Origin: Candidatus Bathyarchaeia archaeon
GTDB taxonomy: Archaea; Thermoproteota; Bathyarchaeia; 40CM-2-53-6
DNA length: 64,000 nt
Assembly (NCBI GenBank): GCA_049517415.1
Contig: JBEKSC010000001.1
Location: 32,001 to 96,000 of the forward strand
Direction: 5' to 3'
Position 1 is the first letter of the stretch. The number at the start of each line of letters is the position of its first letter. The notes beneath the pieces were generated by a model, which saw nothing but the letters and a program-made list of their open reading frames with translations, made no database searches and was not told the origin of the DNA. A program made the position numbers and the translations under genes. This document shows positions 18,590-28,184 of this stretch, in pieces.

Positions 18590-20590
18590 TTACATGGTCT
18601 GTTTCATTTTTGGAGATTGATTGCTTTGAATTTCTGGCAGTATTTTCTTAAAATACTCTAGCGATTGTGGATTGGCTAATGCGTCTCTGTTTGTTACGGG
18701 TTTGTCGTTTATTATGTTCCTGACAGCACTCTCAACTTTCTTCATGTTGAAGGTGTAAGGGATGCTTGGGGTATCGAGGATTAGTGCAGGGACGTGTCTC
18801 GGTGAAGCGCCTTCGCGAAGCGCTTTTCTAATTTTGTTTTTTAGCTCTTCGGTTAGGCTGAATCCGGGTGTAAGTTGAACGAAGAGGATTACGCGCTGGT
18901 CACCTTTCCAATCCTGTCCCACAACAAGGCTGTCAGCTATTTCTTGGAATTGCTCTACTATGTTGTAGATTTCAGAAGTACCTATGCGCACTCCGGATGG
19001 TTTCAGGACGTTGTCCGAACGGCCTAGGAAGGTTATTCCGCCCGTATCGCGGTGGACAATAATGTAGTCCCCGTGCCGCCACACGTTCTTCCCGAAAGCT
19101 CGGTAGAAGTTGAAGTACGCCTCATTGTACTTGTCACCCTTCGGATCATTCCAAAAGTAAAGCGGCATAGAGGGAGACGGTCTTTCGCAGACGAGTTCTC
19201 CCTCCTGATCAACCACTGAGTTGCCTTTTTCATCGTATGCTTTCACCCTCATTGCCAATGCGGGCGCTTGCAATTCACCAGCATACACAGGCAGGATAGG
19301 GTTTCCGACAGCAAATAGACTATTGATATCAGTCCCTCCCGTAATCGAATTGAAATGGAGATCCTGTTTGATTTCTCGGTAGATCCACTCACATCCTTCA
19401 GCCGAAAGAACTGAGCCGGTCTGTGATATTTCTCGTAATGATGACAGGTCGAAGGACTTGCCTGGTTTGGCTCCGACCGTTCTGAGATAGTTGATATATG
19501 TTGCACTGCAGCCGAAGATGGTTATCATCTCATCCTGAACGAGCTTCCACATCGTCCCCCAGTCTGGATAGTTGGGGTTACCGTCGTAGAGTAGTACGGT
19601 GGCTCCAACAGCCAATGAGCTCATCAGCCAGTTCCACATCATCCAGCTCGCAGTAGTAATGTAAGTAATCTTGTCTTGCCGTTTCAGATCGGTGTGGAGT
19701 AAGAGATCCCTCAGATGGCTTAGGAGTACACCGCCGGCTCCTTGTACCATGCACTTTGGCTTGCCAGTTGTTCCCGAGGAGAACATGATGTAGACGGGAT
19801 GGTCGAAAGGCAGCTGCTGGAAGTGGATGTCGGACACGTCCTCGGATGAGATGATATTGTTGTAGAGCACACAGTTTGGTATGTTGGCGGTATCAGGTTT
19901 CTCGTTTAGATACGGAATAGCGATCACATGTTCTAACGAAGGAATTCCCCGGGCAACCCTTTCGGCGTAAGCTAACCTGTCGAAAACTTTGTTTCCATAA
20001 AAGTATCCGTCGGCCGTAAAGAGGACCTTAGGCTCGACCTGACAGAAACGATCCAAAACAGCTGTCGGCCCAAGTTCAGTCCCACAGGAAGCCCAAACAG
20101 CTCCAATACTTGTAGCGGCAAGCATGGCGACAACCGTTTCGATCATGTTTGGAACGTAGGCACACACCCTATCCCCCGGTGCAACTCCCTGCCGGACCAG
20201 CCACTTTGCCAGCACTGCAACTTGAGCATACAATTCTCCGTAGGTCATCTGGGCTGTCTTCTGCGTCTCGCCTCTGAACAAAAACGCAAAATGATCGTCC
20301 CTATGCCTCAATAGGTTCTGAGCGAAATTCAGTTTTGTACCTGGAAACCATTTTGCACCGGGAAATGTGGTTAGGTCGTCAACCACTTTTTCATAACTGC
20401 GACTAGAGACTATGCCCCCAAATTCCCACATGGCCGCCCAGAAGTCAGGAATTTTCTCAACAGACCACTCCTGCAGCTGCCAATAGTTCTGAATCGTAAG
20501 TCCGTACTTCCTGTTGACGAACTCGACAAAACGGGTAATGTTGGCCTGCCTCACCTGTTCCTTTGAAGGTGTCCAAAGCAATTCTCCCAA
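18590..20590 (-). CDS. Acetoacetate--CoA ligase
   Basis: LWTPS N-terminus, WFPGTKLNFAQNLL, FSSGTTGKPKC, WMMWNWL, GGTD, WRHGD and SPRHVP motifs. Confidence 0.92.
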   Translation of the reverse strand: MGELLWTPSKEQVRQANITRFVEFVNRKYGLTIQNYWQLQEWSVEKIPDFWAAMWEFGGIVSSRSYEKVVDDLTTFPGAKWFPGTKLNFAQNLLRHRDDHFAFLFRGETQKTAQMTYGELYAQVAVLAKWLVRQGVAPGDRVCAYVPNMIETVVAMLAATSIGAVWASCGTELGPTAVLDRFCQVEPKVLFTADGYFYGNKVFDRLAYAERVARGIPSLEHVIAIPYLNEKPDTANIPNCVLYNNIISSEDVSDIHFQQLPFDHPVYIMFSSGTTGKPKCMVQGAGGVLLSHLRDLLLHTDLKRQDKITYITTASWMMWNWLMSSLAVGATVLLYDGNPNYPDWGTMWKLVQDEMITIFGCSATYINYLRTVGAKPGKSFDLSSLREISQTGSVLSAEGCEWIYREIKQDLHFNSITGGTDINSLFAVGNPILPVYAGELQAPALAMRVKAYDEKGNSVVDQEGELVCERPSPSMPLYFWNDPKGDKYNEAYFNFYRAFGKNVWRHGDYIIVHRDTGGITFLGRSDNVLKPSGVRIGTSEIYNIVEQFQEIADSLVVGQDWKGDQRVILFVQLTPGFSLTEELKNKIRKALREGASPRHVPALILDTPSIPYTFNMKKVESAVRNIINDKPVTNRDALANPQSLEYFKKILPEIQSNQSPKMKQTM

Positions 20591-20832
20591 GAACCTGCCC
20601 CCGTTTCAACTATCGGCGACTACGATTCATCTTGCTATTGAAGAGCTCATTACTCTGTCAGTTTCAACTAACGTTTAAATGATAGTGTTGCTTTGCTTAG
20701 TTTCAACGAAGACCGCGTGCGGATACAGTGAAGTTCTGCACAGCGAAACTGGAACGCGGTTTGCCCGTAAACGCGGAAGCTTAGCCGTTCGGTTTTCTAA
20801 AAGCGGTTTACGTAGGAAAGTGTAAACTAGGA

Positions 20833-22020
20833 ATGCAAAGTTTCGAAGAACTCCCGATAAAGGGAGAGATACTCCGCAGCCTCAGGGAACTCGGTTTTGA
20901 AGAGATGTTCCCAATTCAGGCTGCAGCAATTGGCCCTCTGCTTGATGGCAGAGATGTAATAGGCCAAGCGAAAACTGGTACAGGTAAGACTGCCGCTTTC
21001 GGCGTACCTATGATTCAGAGAATTGATGGGTCCGTGGATGCGGTGCAAGCGCTTATTCTTGTCCCGACCCGTGAACTAGCCGTTCAAGTCGCATCAGACC
21101 TGAACAGATATGGGAAATACCTCTCAGTACGAACGCTCGCAGTTTATGGTGGCCAACCAATCTACAGCCAGATGGAAGCACTTCAAAGCACCGTGCACAT
21201 CGTGGTTGGGACACCGGGTAGAATCATCGACCACCTCCGAAGAGGCACTCTACTAATCGACCAAGCAACGTTTGTCGTCCTCGACGAAGCCGACCGCATG
21301 CTCGACATGGGTTTCATCGACGACATAGAGTTCATACTCCGAAGGACAGCCAACGAAAAGCAGACGGCAATGTTCTCCGCTACCATGCCCGACGAAATCC
21401 TCGAATTGGCGTCGAGGCACATGTACAATGCTGAGAAAATACTGGTCAGCAGAGACGAGATAGCGGTTGAAGAAATAGACCAACTCTACCGCGTAGTAGA
21501 CCCAGAACGTAAGTTCCAAGCACTCTGCGACATAATGGACGACAAAACAGTTCAGCGTGCTTTGATTTTCTGCTCCACCAAGATAGGCGCGGATCGGATT
21601 GGATATAGACTGAGCCGAAACCGGCGTGACGTCGCTGTAATACACGGTGATCTGACGCAGGCGCAACGCGAACGAGCGTTGGAGGATTTCCGAAGAGGCC
21701 GTGCGCGATTCCTGGTGGCAACGGATGTTGCCTCACGGGGCTTGGATATTGAAGGCATCACGCATGTCGTGAATTATGACCTACCCAACGACCCTCTGCT
21801 TTACTTCCATAGAATTGGCAGGACCGGCAGGGCTGGAGCCAGCGGAATTGCGGTGACGCTCGTTTCTCGACGGGAAATGACTGATTTGAAACGCATTCAA
21901 GGCATGACAGGTACCCGAATGCACGAGATAGGGGAACGACTGAGACCGCAGAGCGTTAGAACCATCCAACCAAGCTTGCATCAACCTTCATGGTCGGACG
22001 GCTTCAAAAGCCAACGTTGA
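20833..22020 (+). CDS. DEAD-box RNA helicase
   Basis: Q motif, AKTGTGKT, PTRELA, TPGR, DEAD, SAT and HRIGRTGRAG. Confidence 0.96.
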   Translation: MQSFEELPIKGEILRSLRELGFEEMFPIQAAAIGPLLDGRDVIGQAKTGTGKTAAFGVPMIQRIDGSVDAVQALILVPTRELAVQVASDLNRYGKYLSVRTLAVYGGQPIYSQMEALQSTVHIVVGTPGRIIDHLRRGTLLIDQATFVVLDEADRMLDMGFIDDIEFILRRTANEKQTAMFSATMPDEILELASRHMYNAEKILVSRDEIAVEEIDQLYRVVDPERKFQALCDIMDDKTVQRALIFCSTKIGADRIGYRLSRNRRDVAVIHGDLTQAQRERALEDFRRGRARFLVATDVASRGLDIEGITHVVNYDLPNDPLLYFHRIGRTGRAGASGIAVTLVSRREMTDLKRIQGMTGTRMHEIGERLRPQSVRTIQPSLHQPSWSDGFKSQR

Positions 22021-22101
22021 ATAACAACGGGGCAAATTGCAATCACGAGAGTGAAATAGACGGGCCGTCGACAATTCCGTAATAGAAACGTACGCACCGA
22101 G

Positions 22102-22245
22102 ATGAAGACGCTCGAATGTCTTCGATGCCATCGACAAATCAGGCTCGACGAATACAAAACGCACATCACAAAGTGCGGACTGGCAGAACAGCCCATCCCA
22201 GCGGCCGAGGTGGCGACGCAAGCGCCTTCCGCTCAACAACCCTGA
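22102..22245 (+). CDS. Small C2HC zinc-finger protein (47 aa), not in ORF track
   Basis: MKTLECLRCHRQIRLDEYKTHITKCGLAEQPIPAAEVATQAPSAQQP; C-x2-C-x11-H-x3-C. It fills the helicase-kinase gap. Confidence 0.7.
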   Translation: MKTLECLRCHRQIRLDEYKTHITKCGLAEQPIPAAEVATQAPSAQQP

Positions 22246-22309
22246 AAGGCGCCAAACCAAATCCTTTCTTTTCCGTTTTGAAATCTACTACTCAACGATT
22301 CGTTGAACG

Positions 22310-23272
22310 TCAGCGAAGGTACTCAGCCTCACCTTTTTGAGATTCAAGAAAAGTCCGTAACGCATCCATACTCGGTATGTTCTCATAATCGCCTCTGACG
22401 CCTACAACCAACGCTGCCGTCGCCAAAGCTGCCCGCAAACTGTCCTGCAGCATCCAACCTTTCAACTGGGTTGATAGAAATGTTGCCGCGAAAGAATCGC
22501 CCGCACCTGTTGGATCCTCAACGCTCGCATGGATCATGGGTTGAGTCACGGTCTCGCCTTTAGAGCTAGCAAACGCCCCCTTGTCTCCGAGCTTGATTAC
22601 TACAGTCTTGACGCCGCTTTTGTGTAGAGCTTTAGCTATTTCTGCAGGTTCGTCGAGGCCTAGGATTATCCTTGCGTCCGGTAGGCTCGTGAAGAGTATA
22701 TCCGCCATATTGCATACCGGGAGTAGGGTAGTTCTTGCCACTGCCTCGGTCCAAAGTTTAATGCGAATGTTTGTATCCAGTGAGACCATCACCTTGTTTT
22801 CTTTCGCGAGTTTCACAGCCGCTGTTGTTGCCTCTTTGGCGCTGTCGCTAAGTGCAGGAGTTATTCCGGAAACATGAAGGATCTTTGCTGAACCAATGTA
22901 TTTCGTGTCTAGATCTTTGGAACTGAGTTTGCTTCCAGCTGAATTGTGGCGGTAATAGTATGCCTCACTTCTGTCAGGAATCGGAAAACCACGTTGAATG
23001 AAGAAGATTCCAGTCGGAAAATCCTTGTCGACGGAGACATGAGACGTGTCCACGTTTTCTCCCTTAAGCGTCGCCATGAGGAAGAGGCCGAATTCATCAT
23101 CACCAACCCTCGTGATTATCCCGGAAGTGCAGCCGAGCCTTGAGGCCCCGATCGCTACGTTCCCCTCGGCGCCTGCCGCATGTTTTTCGAAGAGACACAC
23201 ACTCCTCAATGGGCCACGGTTAACAGCGTTGAGTTCAACCATAACTTCACCTATACAGACAATGTCGAGCAA
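22310..23272 (-). CDS. kdgK: PfkB-family sugar kinase, 2-keto-3-deoxygluconate kinase-like
   Basis: IGEVMVE, AGAEGNVA, DTNIRIKLW and DPTGAGDSF motifs. TTG start after GGAGG. Confidence 0.85.
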   Translation of the reverse strand: MLDIVCIGEVMVELNAVNRGPLRSVCLFEKHAAGAEGNVAIGASRLGCTSGIITRVGDDEFGLFLMATLKGENVDTSHVSVDKDFPTGIFFIQRGFPIPDRSEAYYYRHNSAGSKLSSKDLDTKYIGSAKILHVSGITPALSDSAKEATTAAVKLAKENKVMVSLDTNIRIKLWTEAVARTTLLPVCNMADILFTSLPDARIILGLDEPAEIAKALHKSGVKTVVIKLGDKGAFASSKGETVTQPMIHASVEDPTGAGDSFAATFLSTQLKGWMLQDSLRAALATAALVVGVRGDYENIPSMDALRTFLESQKGEAEYLR

Positions 23273-23345
23273 CTTCCCCCCTCCATACATCCCATCTCGC
23301 TGAGGCAAATCGAACTATTCAAAATATGCGTAGGATAAGATAGAC

Positions 23346-24356
23346 ATGTGGAAAGCGGTGGCGCGGGGAGAGTTGACTTCACTTAGAGATCTGGGTGAGC
23401 TAGGCATAATTCGTATCATGGAACGTTCACTCGGCACTAATCGGAATACCGTTGTCGGTTTCGGCGATGATGTTTCCGCAGTGAAACTGGCAAACGGAAA
23501 AGTTGCGATTCTGAAAACAGACATGCTCGTCGGCAGCACCGATATCCCGCCGGGTATGACAATGCGCCAGGTAGCTCGCAAAGCGGTTGTGGCAAACGTT
23601 AGCGACCTCGCAGCCAAAGGAGTCCGGCCTCTGGCGGGGCTCGTCGCGCTAGGGTTACCAGCCACTCTAAGAAGAAAAGATGTTCAGGAAATTGCTGCCG
23701 GACTAAGTTTCGCTGCGATGCAGTACCAGTTCCCACTCGTGGGTGGAGACACCAATGAATCAAATGACCTGACAATATCGATAGCCCTATTCGCGATCGC
23801 CCGCAAAGAACAGCTCATTCTTCGTTCCGGTGCACGAGTTGGTGATATCGTTGCGGTTAGCGGCGAATTTGGGTCTGCCTCGGCGGGACTGAAGGCACTG
23901 CTCCAGTACGGGATCCGCCCCGCTAAATTACCGCGCCCGATGTATCAAGCTGTTTACAACCCTCGCGCCGAACTAGACCTCGGGCTTAGGTTAGGCGCCT
24001 CAGGAGCCCTGACTGCGTCTATCGATTCAAGTGATGGGTTGGCTTGGAGCCTTCACGAGTTGTCGAGAGCTAGCGGCGTCGGAATCAGGATTGATGATGT
24101 TCCCGTAAGCAAGGCTGCGGAGCAGTTTGCGGCTCTTCATCGCTACAGGGCGAGAGACCTCGCCCTCTACGGTGGAGAGGAATATTGCCTTGTGGTCACA
24201 GTGAAACCTGAGAGGTTCAGGCCTGCACAAAAGGCTGCGCGCGGAAAATTGAGGGAAATCGGCGTCGTAACAAGGAAATCTGTTGGAGTACGTTTACGGC
24301 TGGCCGGGGGAGATGTGAAAGTAGCGATGAAGGGCTGGGAACATTTCAGGCGTTAA
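23346..24356 (+). CDS. thiL: Thiamine-monophosphate kinase
   Basis: LGELGII, GDD, NVSDLAAKG, GGDT, DSSDGL and GGEEY motifs. Confidence 0.93.
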   Translation: MWKAVARGELTSLRDLGELGIIRIMERSLGTNRNTVVGFGDDVSAVKLANGKVAILKTDMLVGSTDIPPGMTMRQVARKAVVANVSDLAAKGVRPLAGLVALGLPATLRRKDVQEIAAGLSFAAMQYQFPLVGGDTNESNDLTISIALFAIARKEQLILRSGARVGDIVAVSGEFGSASAGLKALLQYGIRPAKLPRPMYQAVYNPRAELDLGLRLGASGALTASIDSSDGLAWSLHELSRASGVGIRIDDVPVSKAAEQFAALHRYRARDLALYGGEEYCLVVTVKPERFRPAQKAARGKLREIGVVTRKSVGVRLRLAGGDVKVAMKGWEHFRR

Positions 24357-24401
24357 AGATATAGTCAATGACTTAGATTCGCATCCTCTAGAGATAGAAA
24401 C

Positions 24402-25037
24402 ATGAAGTTCAACGTGCCTTACTATGCGCAGAGCTCGGATTTCACTTGCGGCCCCGCCTGCGTGTTAATGGTAATGAAACATTTCGAACGGGACCTTGAA
24501 ATCGGCCGCGAACTTGAATTTGAGGTGTGGCGCCAATGCAACATGATTGGCATAAAGGGTGCTGACCCGTTCGGACTCTCTGTGCCGTTAATCGACTCAG
24601 GCTACGACGTGCGGCTGATAACGCAGCGCAGTAGGACAGTTAACTACGATGCATGGAAACGGAGGTTGCTCAGGATTTTCTCGTCCGAAGAGATCGAACT
24701 CAGTATATTCGGTATGAAGGAAAACCGACAGAGAGCCCTCAGGAGGAGATTGCCGGTCACGTACAAACGGCCCGTCGTTGCGGATATCTTGCGAGGAGTT
24801 CGTGGTAATCAAGTTCCTATAGCCCTTGTGCATATGGGGGTCATACACTCGCTCAATATTCCCCATTGGGTCGTTGTAACCGACGCTGATGAAGAGTTCG
24901 TCGTTTTCAACGACCCCTACCCACCAAAGGGGCGAAAAGGACTCAGGCTCTCCCACGTTAAATTCCAGAAAATTCTCGACGACATTGGGACGAGGATAGG
25001 GCTAAGCCCGTCGATTCTGTTCGTTAAGAAACGGTAG
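24402..25037 (+). CDS. Peptidase C39-like protein (DUF3335-like)
   Basis: YYAQSSDFTCGPAC (Q..C), PHWVVV (His) and NDP (Asp) catalytic triad. Confidence 0.8.
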   Translation: MKFNVPYYAQSSDFTCGPACVLMVMKHFERDLEIGRELEFEVWRQCNMIGIKGADPFGLSVPLIDSGYDVRLITQRSRTVNYDAWKRRLLRIFSSEEIELSIFGMKENRQRALRRRLPVTYKRPVVADILRGVRGNQVPIALVHMGVIHSLNIPHWVVVTDADEEFVVFNDPYPPKGRKGLRLSHVKFQKILDDIGTRIGLSPSILFVKKR

Positions 25038-25120
25038 CCTTGGTCGACGGAAATTCAGTCCCGAGAACCAGCAGCGAGCCTAAAACCTCTGCGAGACATG
25101 CTCGCCCACGATGATACAGT

Positions 25121-26824
25121 ATGGACTTGACGATTCGGCTAGCAGGAGAATCAGGCGACGGCGTCATACTTGCGGGCGAAGTCCTAACATACGCTGTCTC
25201 ACGGATGGGACTGAAAATATTCACTTTTCGAACATATCCTTCATCGGTTCGCGGCGGCCCATGCATGTATCAGCTGAGGGTCAGCGACTGGCATGCTTAC
25301 TCTCAAGGTGACATGCTTGATCTTCTCGTGGCATTCGACACCGAAGCCATTTCCACTCATCTAAAAGACATGAAGCCTGCCGGGGAACTCATCTTCGACG
25401 CAGATCGAACCCCGAAGACTTATTCATCATTACCTAAGCATTCGTTCGGTGTTCCCTTCACGTCCCTCGCCAAAAACCAGGTTGCTTTTCCAAAAGCCAA
25501 GAACATGATCGTGGCAGGATACACGGCCAGCCACGTAGGCATCTCGAAAACCATCTTGGAGGAGGTTGTGAAAGGGAAGCTTGGTTCGCGAGGAGAGGAA
25601 CTTCTCCAAAGAAACCTTACAGCAGTGAACTTGGGATTTGGCCTAGCGCCAAAAGGGAGAGTTCAGAGCTTTCCAAGGGCAATTGCTAACAAGATCGTTC
25701 TTTCAGGCAATCAGGCGATAGTGTTAGGCGCGATTGCGGTCGGTTGCCGTTTCTACGCGGGCTACCCCATCACCCCTGCGAGCGACATTCTTGAGGGCAT
25801 GTCGAAATTCCTTCCAGATTTCGGAGGTATAGCATTCCAAGGAGAAGATGAGATGGCTTCCCTCGGGGCAGCAATAGGCGCGTCGTTTGCGGGAACAAAG
25901 TCGATGACTGCAACATCAGGTCCAGGCCTTTCGCTCATGACAGAAATGATCGGCATGGCCTCGATGGCTGAAGTGCCTGTAGTGATTGTCGACGCGCAAA
26001 GAGGTGGCCCATCAACGGGTTTGCCCACCAAGACCGAGCAGTCGGACCTTGACCATGCGTTGTATGCTGGCCATGGCGACGTGCCCAGAATAGTTATAGC
26101 TCCCGGAAATGTCGAAGACTGCTTCTATCAAACCGTAAGAGCATTCAACCTAGCTGAGCGATACCAGCTCCCAGTTCTTCTCCTTACAGATCAATCACTA
26201 GCTCAACTCACCGAGGGCATGCCTATGCCCGACCTGAAGGCGATAAAAACAATTGACCGAGAAAGAGCGGAAATCGTTGGCAACCGTTTCCGAAGATACG
26301 CGGTCACACACGATGGAATATCACCTATGTCGATACCGGGACAGGCCAACGGGGAATATATTGCTGAAAGTGTTGAGCATGATGAAGATAGTCGACCGAG
26401 CTACCGGCCGCAGGTGCATTCTGAAATGACAGCAAAACGTTTTCGAAAACTTGAAACCGCAGCTATTGAACTTGCGAACGACCCACTAAACGTGAAGGAA
26501 TTACCAGACTCCAAAGCTAAGATTGGTGTAATTGGTTGGGGTTCGACCCAAGGTGCAATCCATGACGCCGTCTTGCGCGCCAGAAGGAACATGATACAGG
26601 TGCGCTGGTTGCAATGCAAGCTCCTAAACCCACTACCCAAAGAACAAATCTCCACCTTCCTCAAAGGCCTCAAGAAAGTCTTGGTTCCGGAACTGAATTA
26701 CTCCGCGCAATTTGCGAAATTGCTCCGACTTAACTTTGCCATCGAGCTAGTTTCCATCAACAAATCCGAAGGGCTACCGTTCACACCAAACGAGATTCTG
26801 CGCAAAATCGAGGAGGTGGCATAA
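25121..26824 (+). CDS. 2-oxoacid:ferredoxin oxidoreductase alpha subunit (gamma-alpha fusion)
   Basis: GESGDG..RGG gamma domain; YPITP, EDE, TSGPG and QRGGPSTGLPT motifs. Confidence 0.93.
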   Translation: MDLTIRLAGESGDGVILAGEVLTYAVSRMGLKIFTFRTYPSSVRGGPCMYQLRVSDWHAYSQGDMLDLLVAFDTEAISTHLKDMKPAGELIFDADRTPKTYSSLPKHSFGVPFTSLAKNQVAFPKAKNMIVAGYTASHVGISKTILEEVVKGKLGSRGEELLQRNLTAVNLGFGLAPKGRVQSFPRAIANKIVLSGNQAIVLGAIAVGCRFYAGYPITPASDILEGMSKFLPDFGGIAFQGEDEMASLGAAIGASFAGTKSMTATSGPGLSLMTEMIGMASMAEVPVVIVDAQRGGPSTGLPTKTEQSDLDHALYAGHGDVPRIVIAPGNVEDCFYQTVRAFNLAERYQLPVLLLTDQSLAQLTEGMPMPDLKAIKTIDRERAEIVGNRFRRYAVTHDGISPMSIPGQANGEYIAESVEHDEDSRPSYRPQVHSEMTAKRFRKLETAAIELANDPLNVKELPDSKAKIGVIGWGSTQGAIHDAVLRARRNMIQVRWLQCKLLNPLPKEQISTFLKGLKKVLVPELNYSAQFAKLLRLNFAIELVSINKSEGLPFTPNEILRKIEEVA

Positions 26825-26825
26825 G

Positions 26826-27656
26826 TTGGCCGCCATGGTTAGCGATTATCGAAGCAGTTACACTTCATCGTGGTGCCCAGGTTGCGGAGACTATGGTGTC
26901 CTGAAGTCTGTTGACATGGCTTTTCACGAGCTTGGTTTGAAAAACGAGGATATCATCATAGTCTCAGGAATTGGATGTAATGGCCGCTTCCCGCATAACT
27001 TCAGAACCTATGGCTTCCACACACTTCACGGCCGAGTATTACCAATCGCACAAGGCATCAACATGACCAGGCCCAGCCTTTGTGTCGTTGGGATTGCTGG
27101 CGACGGCGACGCCTTTGCTATCGGAGGAGGCCATGTTCCGCATGCGGCCAGAAGAAACCCCGACATAGCATACATCGTCCTCGACAATGGCATATATGGG
27201 CAAACCAAAGGCCAACCTTCGCCCACAACACCGCTTGGATACAAGACTAAGGTGACACCTGAAGGAAATCAAGAGGACCCAATTGACATAAGTCAATTGG
27301 CCTTGGCATATGGCGTTTCATTCTTGGCGCGAGGATTCCCAGGAAAGCCCACCCACCTCGCACACCTGATAGCCCAAGGTATAACACACAAGGGTTTCGC
27401 GTTGATACATGTGCTTAACCCCTGCCCTACCTTCCACGACACATGGCAAGAGCTGGCACCTAAAGTCATCGAGACGGGCTCGGAGCATGACTCGGCTGAC
27501 TTGGATGCGGCTTGGAAACTTGTCAGAAGACGTGACAAGATTCCAGTAGGTGTAATATTCAAACAGAATCGCTCCACTCTAGCGGAGCGCGTCAAAGCCT
27601 CGGCCCGGACTCCTGCGGAACTGGAATTGAAGGAATTGCTCAAATCCTTTAGGTAG
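26826..27656 (+). CDS. 2-oxoacid:ferredoxin oxidoreductase beta subunit
   Basis: WCPGCG, SGIGC, HGR, GDGD..NGIYGQTKGQ and PCPT motifs. Confidence 0.93.
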   Translation: MAAMVSDYRSSYTSSWCPGCGDYGVLKSVDMAFHELGLKNEDIIIVSGIGCNGRFPHNFRTYGFHTLHGRVLPIAQGINMTRPSLCVVGIAGDGDAFAIGGGHVPHAARRNPDIAYIVLDNGIYGQTKGQPSPTTPLGYKTKVTPEGNQEDPIDISQLALAYGVSFLARGFPGKPTHLAHLIAQGITHKGFALIHVLNPCPTFHDTWQELAPKVIETGSEHDSADLDAAWKLVRRRDKIPVGVIFKQNRSTLAERVKASARTPAELELKELLKSFR

Positions 27657-27770
27657 GTCCAACTCGGAGAAGATGCAAGTATCCTCCCGATCCCGAGAAA
27701 TGTCTAACGCATCATGAACAGGACACTGCATATTGACCTTCATCTCATCAGACATCGTTACCGAGAAGGA

Positions 27771-27911
27771 TCAACCACCCATCGTCGGGCTAGGTGGGCA
27801 ATGCGTACATACCTCAAGGGGACCAGACCCGCAGATCGTACATACCTCGCACTCATCATCACCGTACGTGCTTTTGCATTCCGCGCATCTCCCAATCGTG
27901 TTTTCCGCCAA
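27771..27911 (-). CDS. Small 7-Cys protein B (46 aa), not in ORF track
   Basis: TTG start after GGGGGTGG SD-like sequence: MAENTIGRCAECKSTYGDDECEVCTICGSGPLEVCTHCPPSPTMGG. Confidence 0.75.
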   Translation of the reverse strand: MAENTIGRCAECKSTYGDDECEVCTICGSGPLEVCTHCPPSPTMGG

Positions 27912-27941
27912 ACTATTCCACCCCCACTCTCCTTTTGATCA

Positions 27942-28169
27942 TTAATTCGGTCGTCCGTGCGAACGTCTCAGGCCAAGATCGCAGTGCAGGCATGGCGTGA
28001 ACTTGGTTGTTCCGCAACGCGAGCATTGATCACACTTTTGATTCCAATATTCGTAGCAGTTTTCACAACGACTTAGGACTGATGGGGCGCGCACAGGTCC
28101 AATCCGATCATCAGCGCCCGGTTCACGGGTTTCGAATTGGAGAGCCCCTTCAGTGCGCCTAGAGTCTAT
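27942..28169 (-). CDS. Small 7-Cys protein A (75 aa from ATA, or 50 aa from GTG 28094), not in ORF track
   Basis: GGAGGTGA SD (28176-28183) sits 6 nt before ATA. Product ...VLSRCENCYEYWNQKCDQCSRCGTTKFTPCLHCDLGLRRSHGRPN has the same Cys pattern as the neighbouring ORF. Confidence 0.75.
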   Translation of the reverse strand: MDSRRTEGALQFETREPGADDRIGPVRAPSVLSRCENCYEYWNQKCDQCSRCGTTKFTPCLHCDLGLRRSHGRPN

Positions 28170-28184
28170 GCTCGTTCACCTCCT

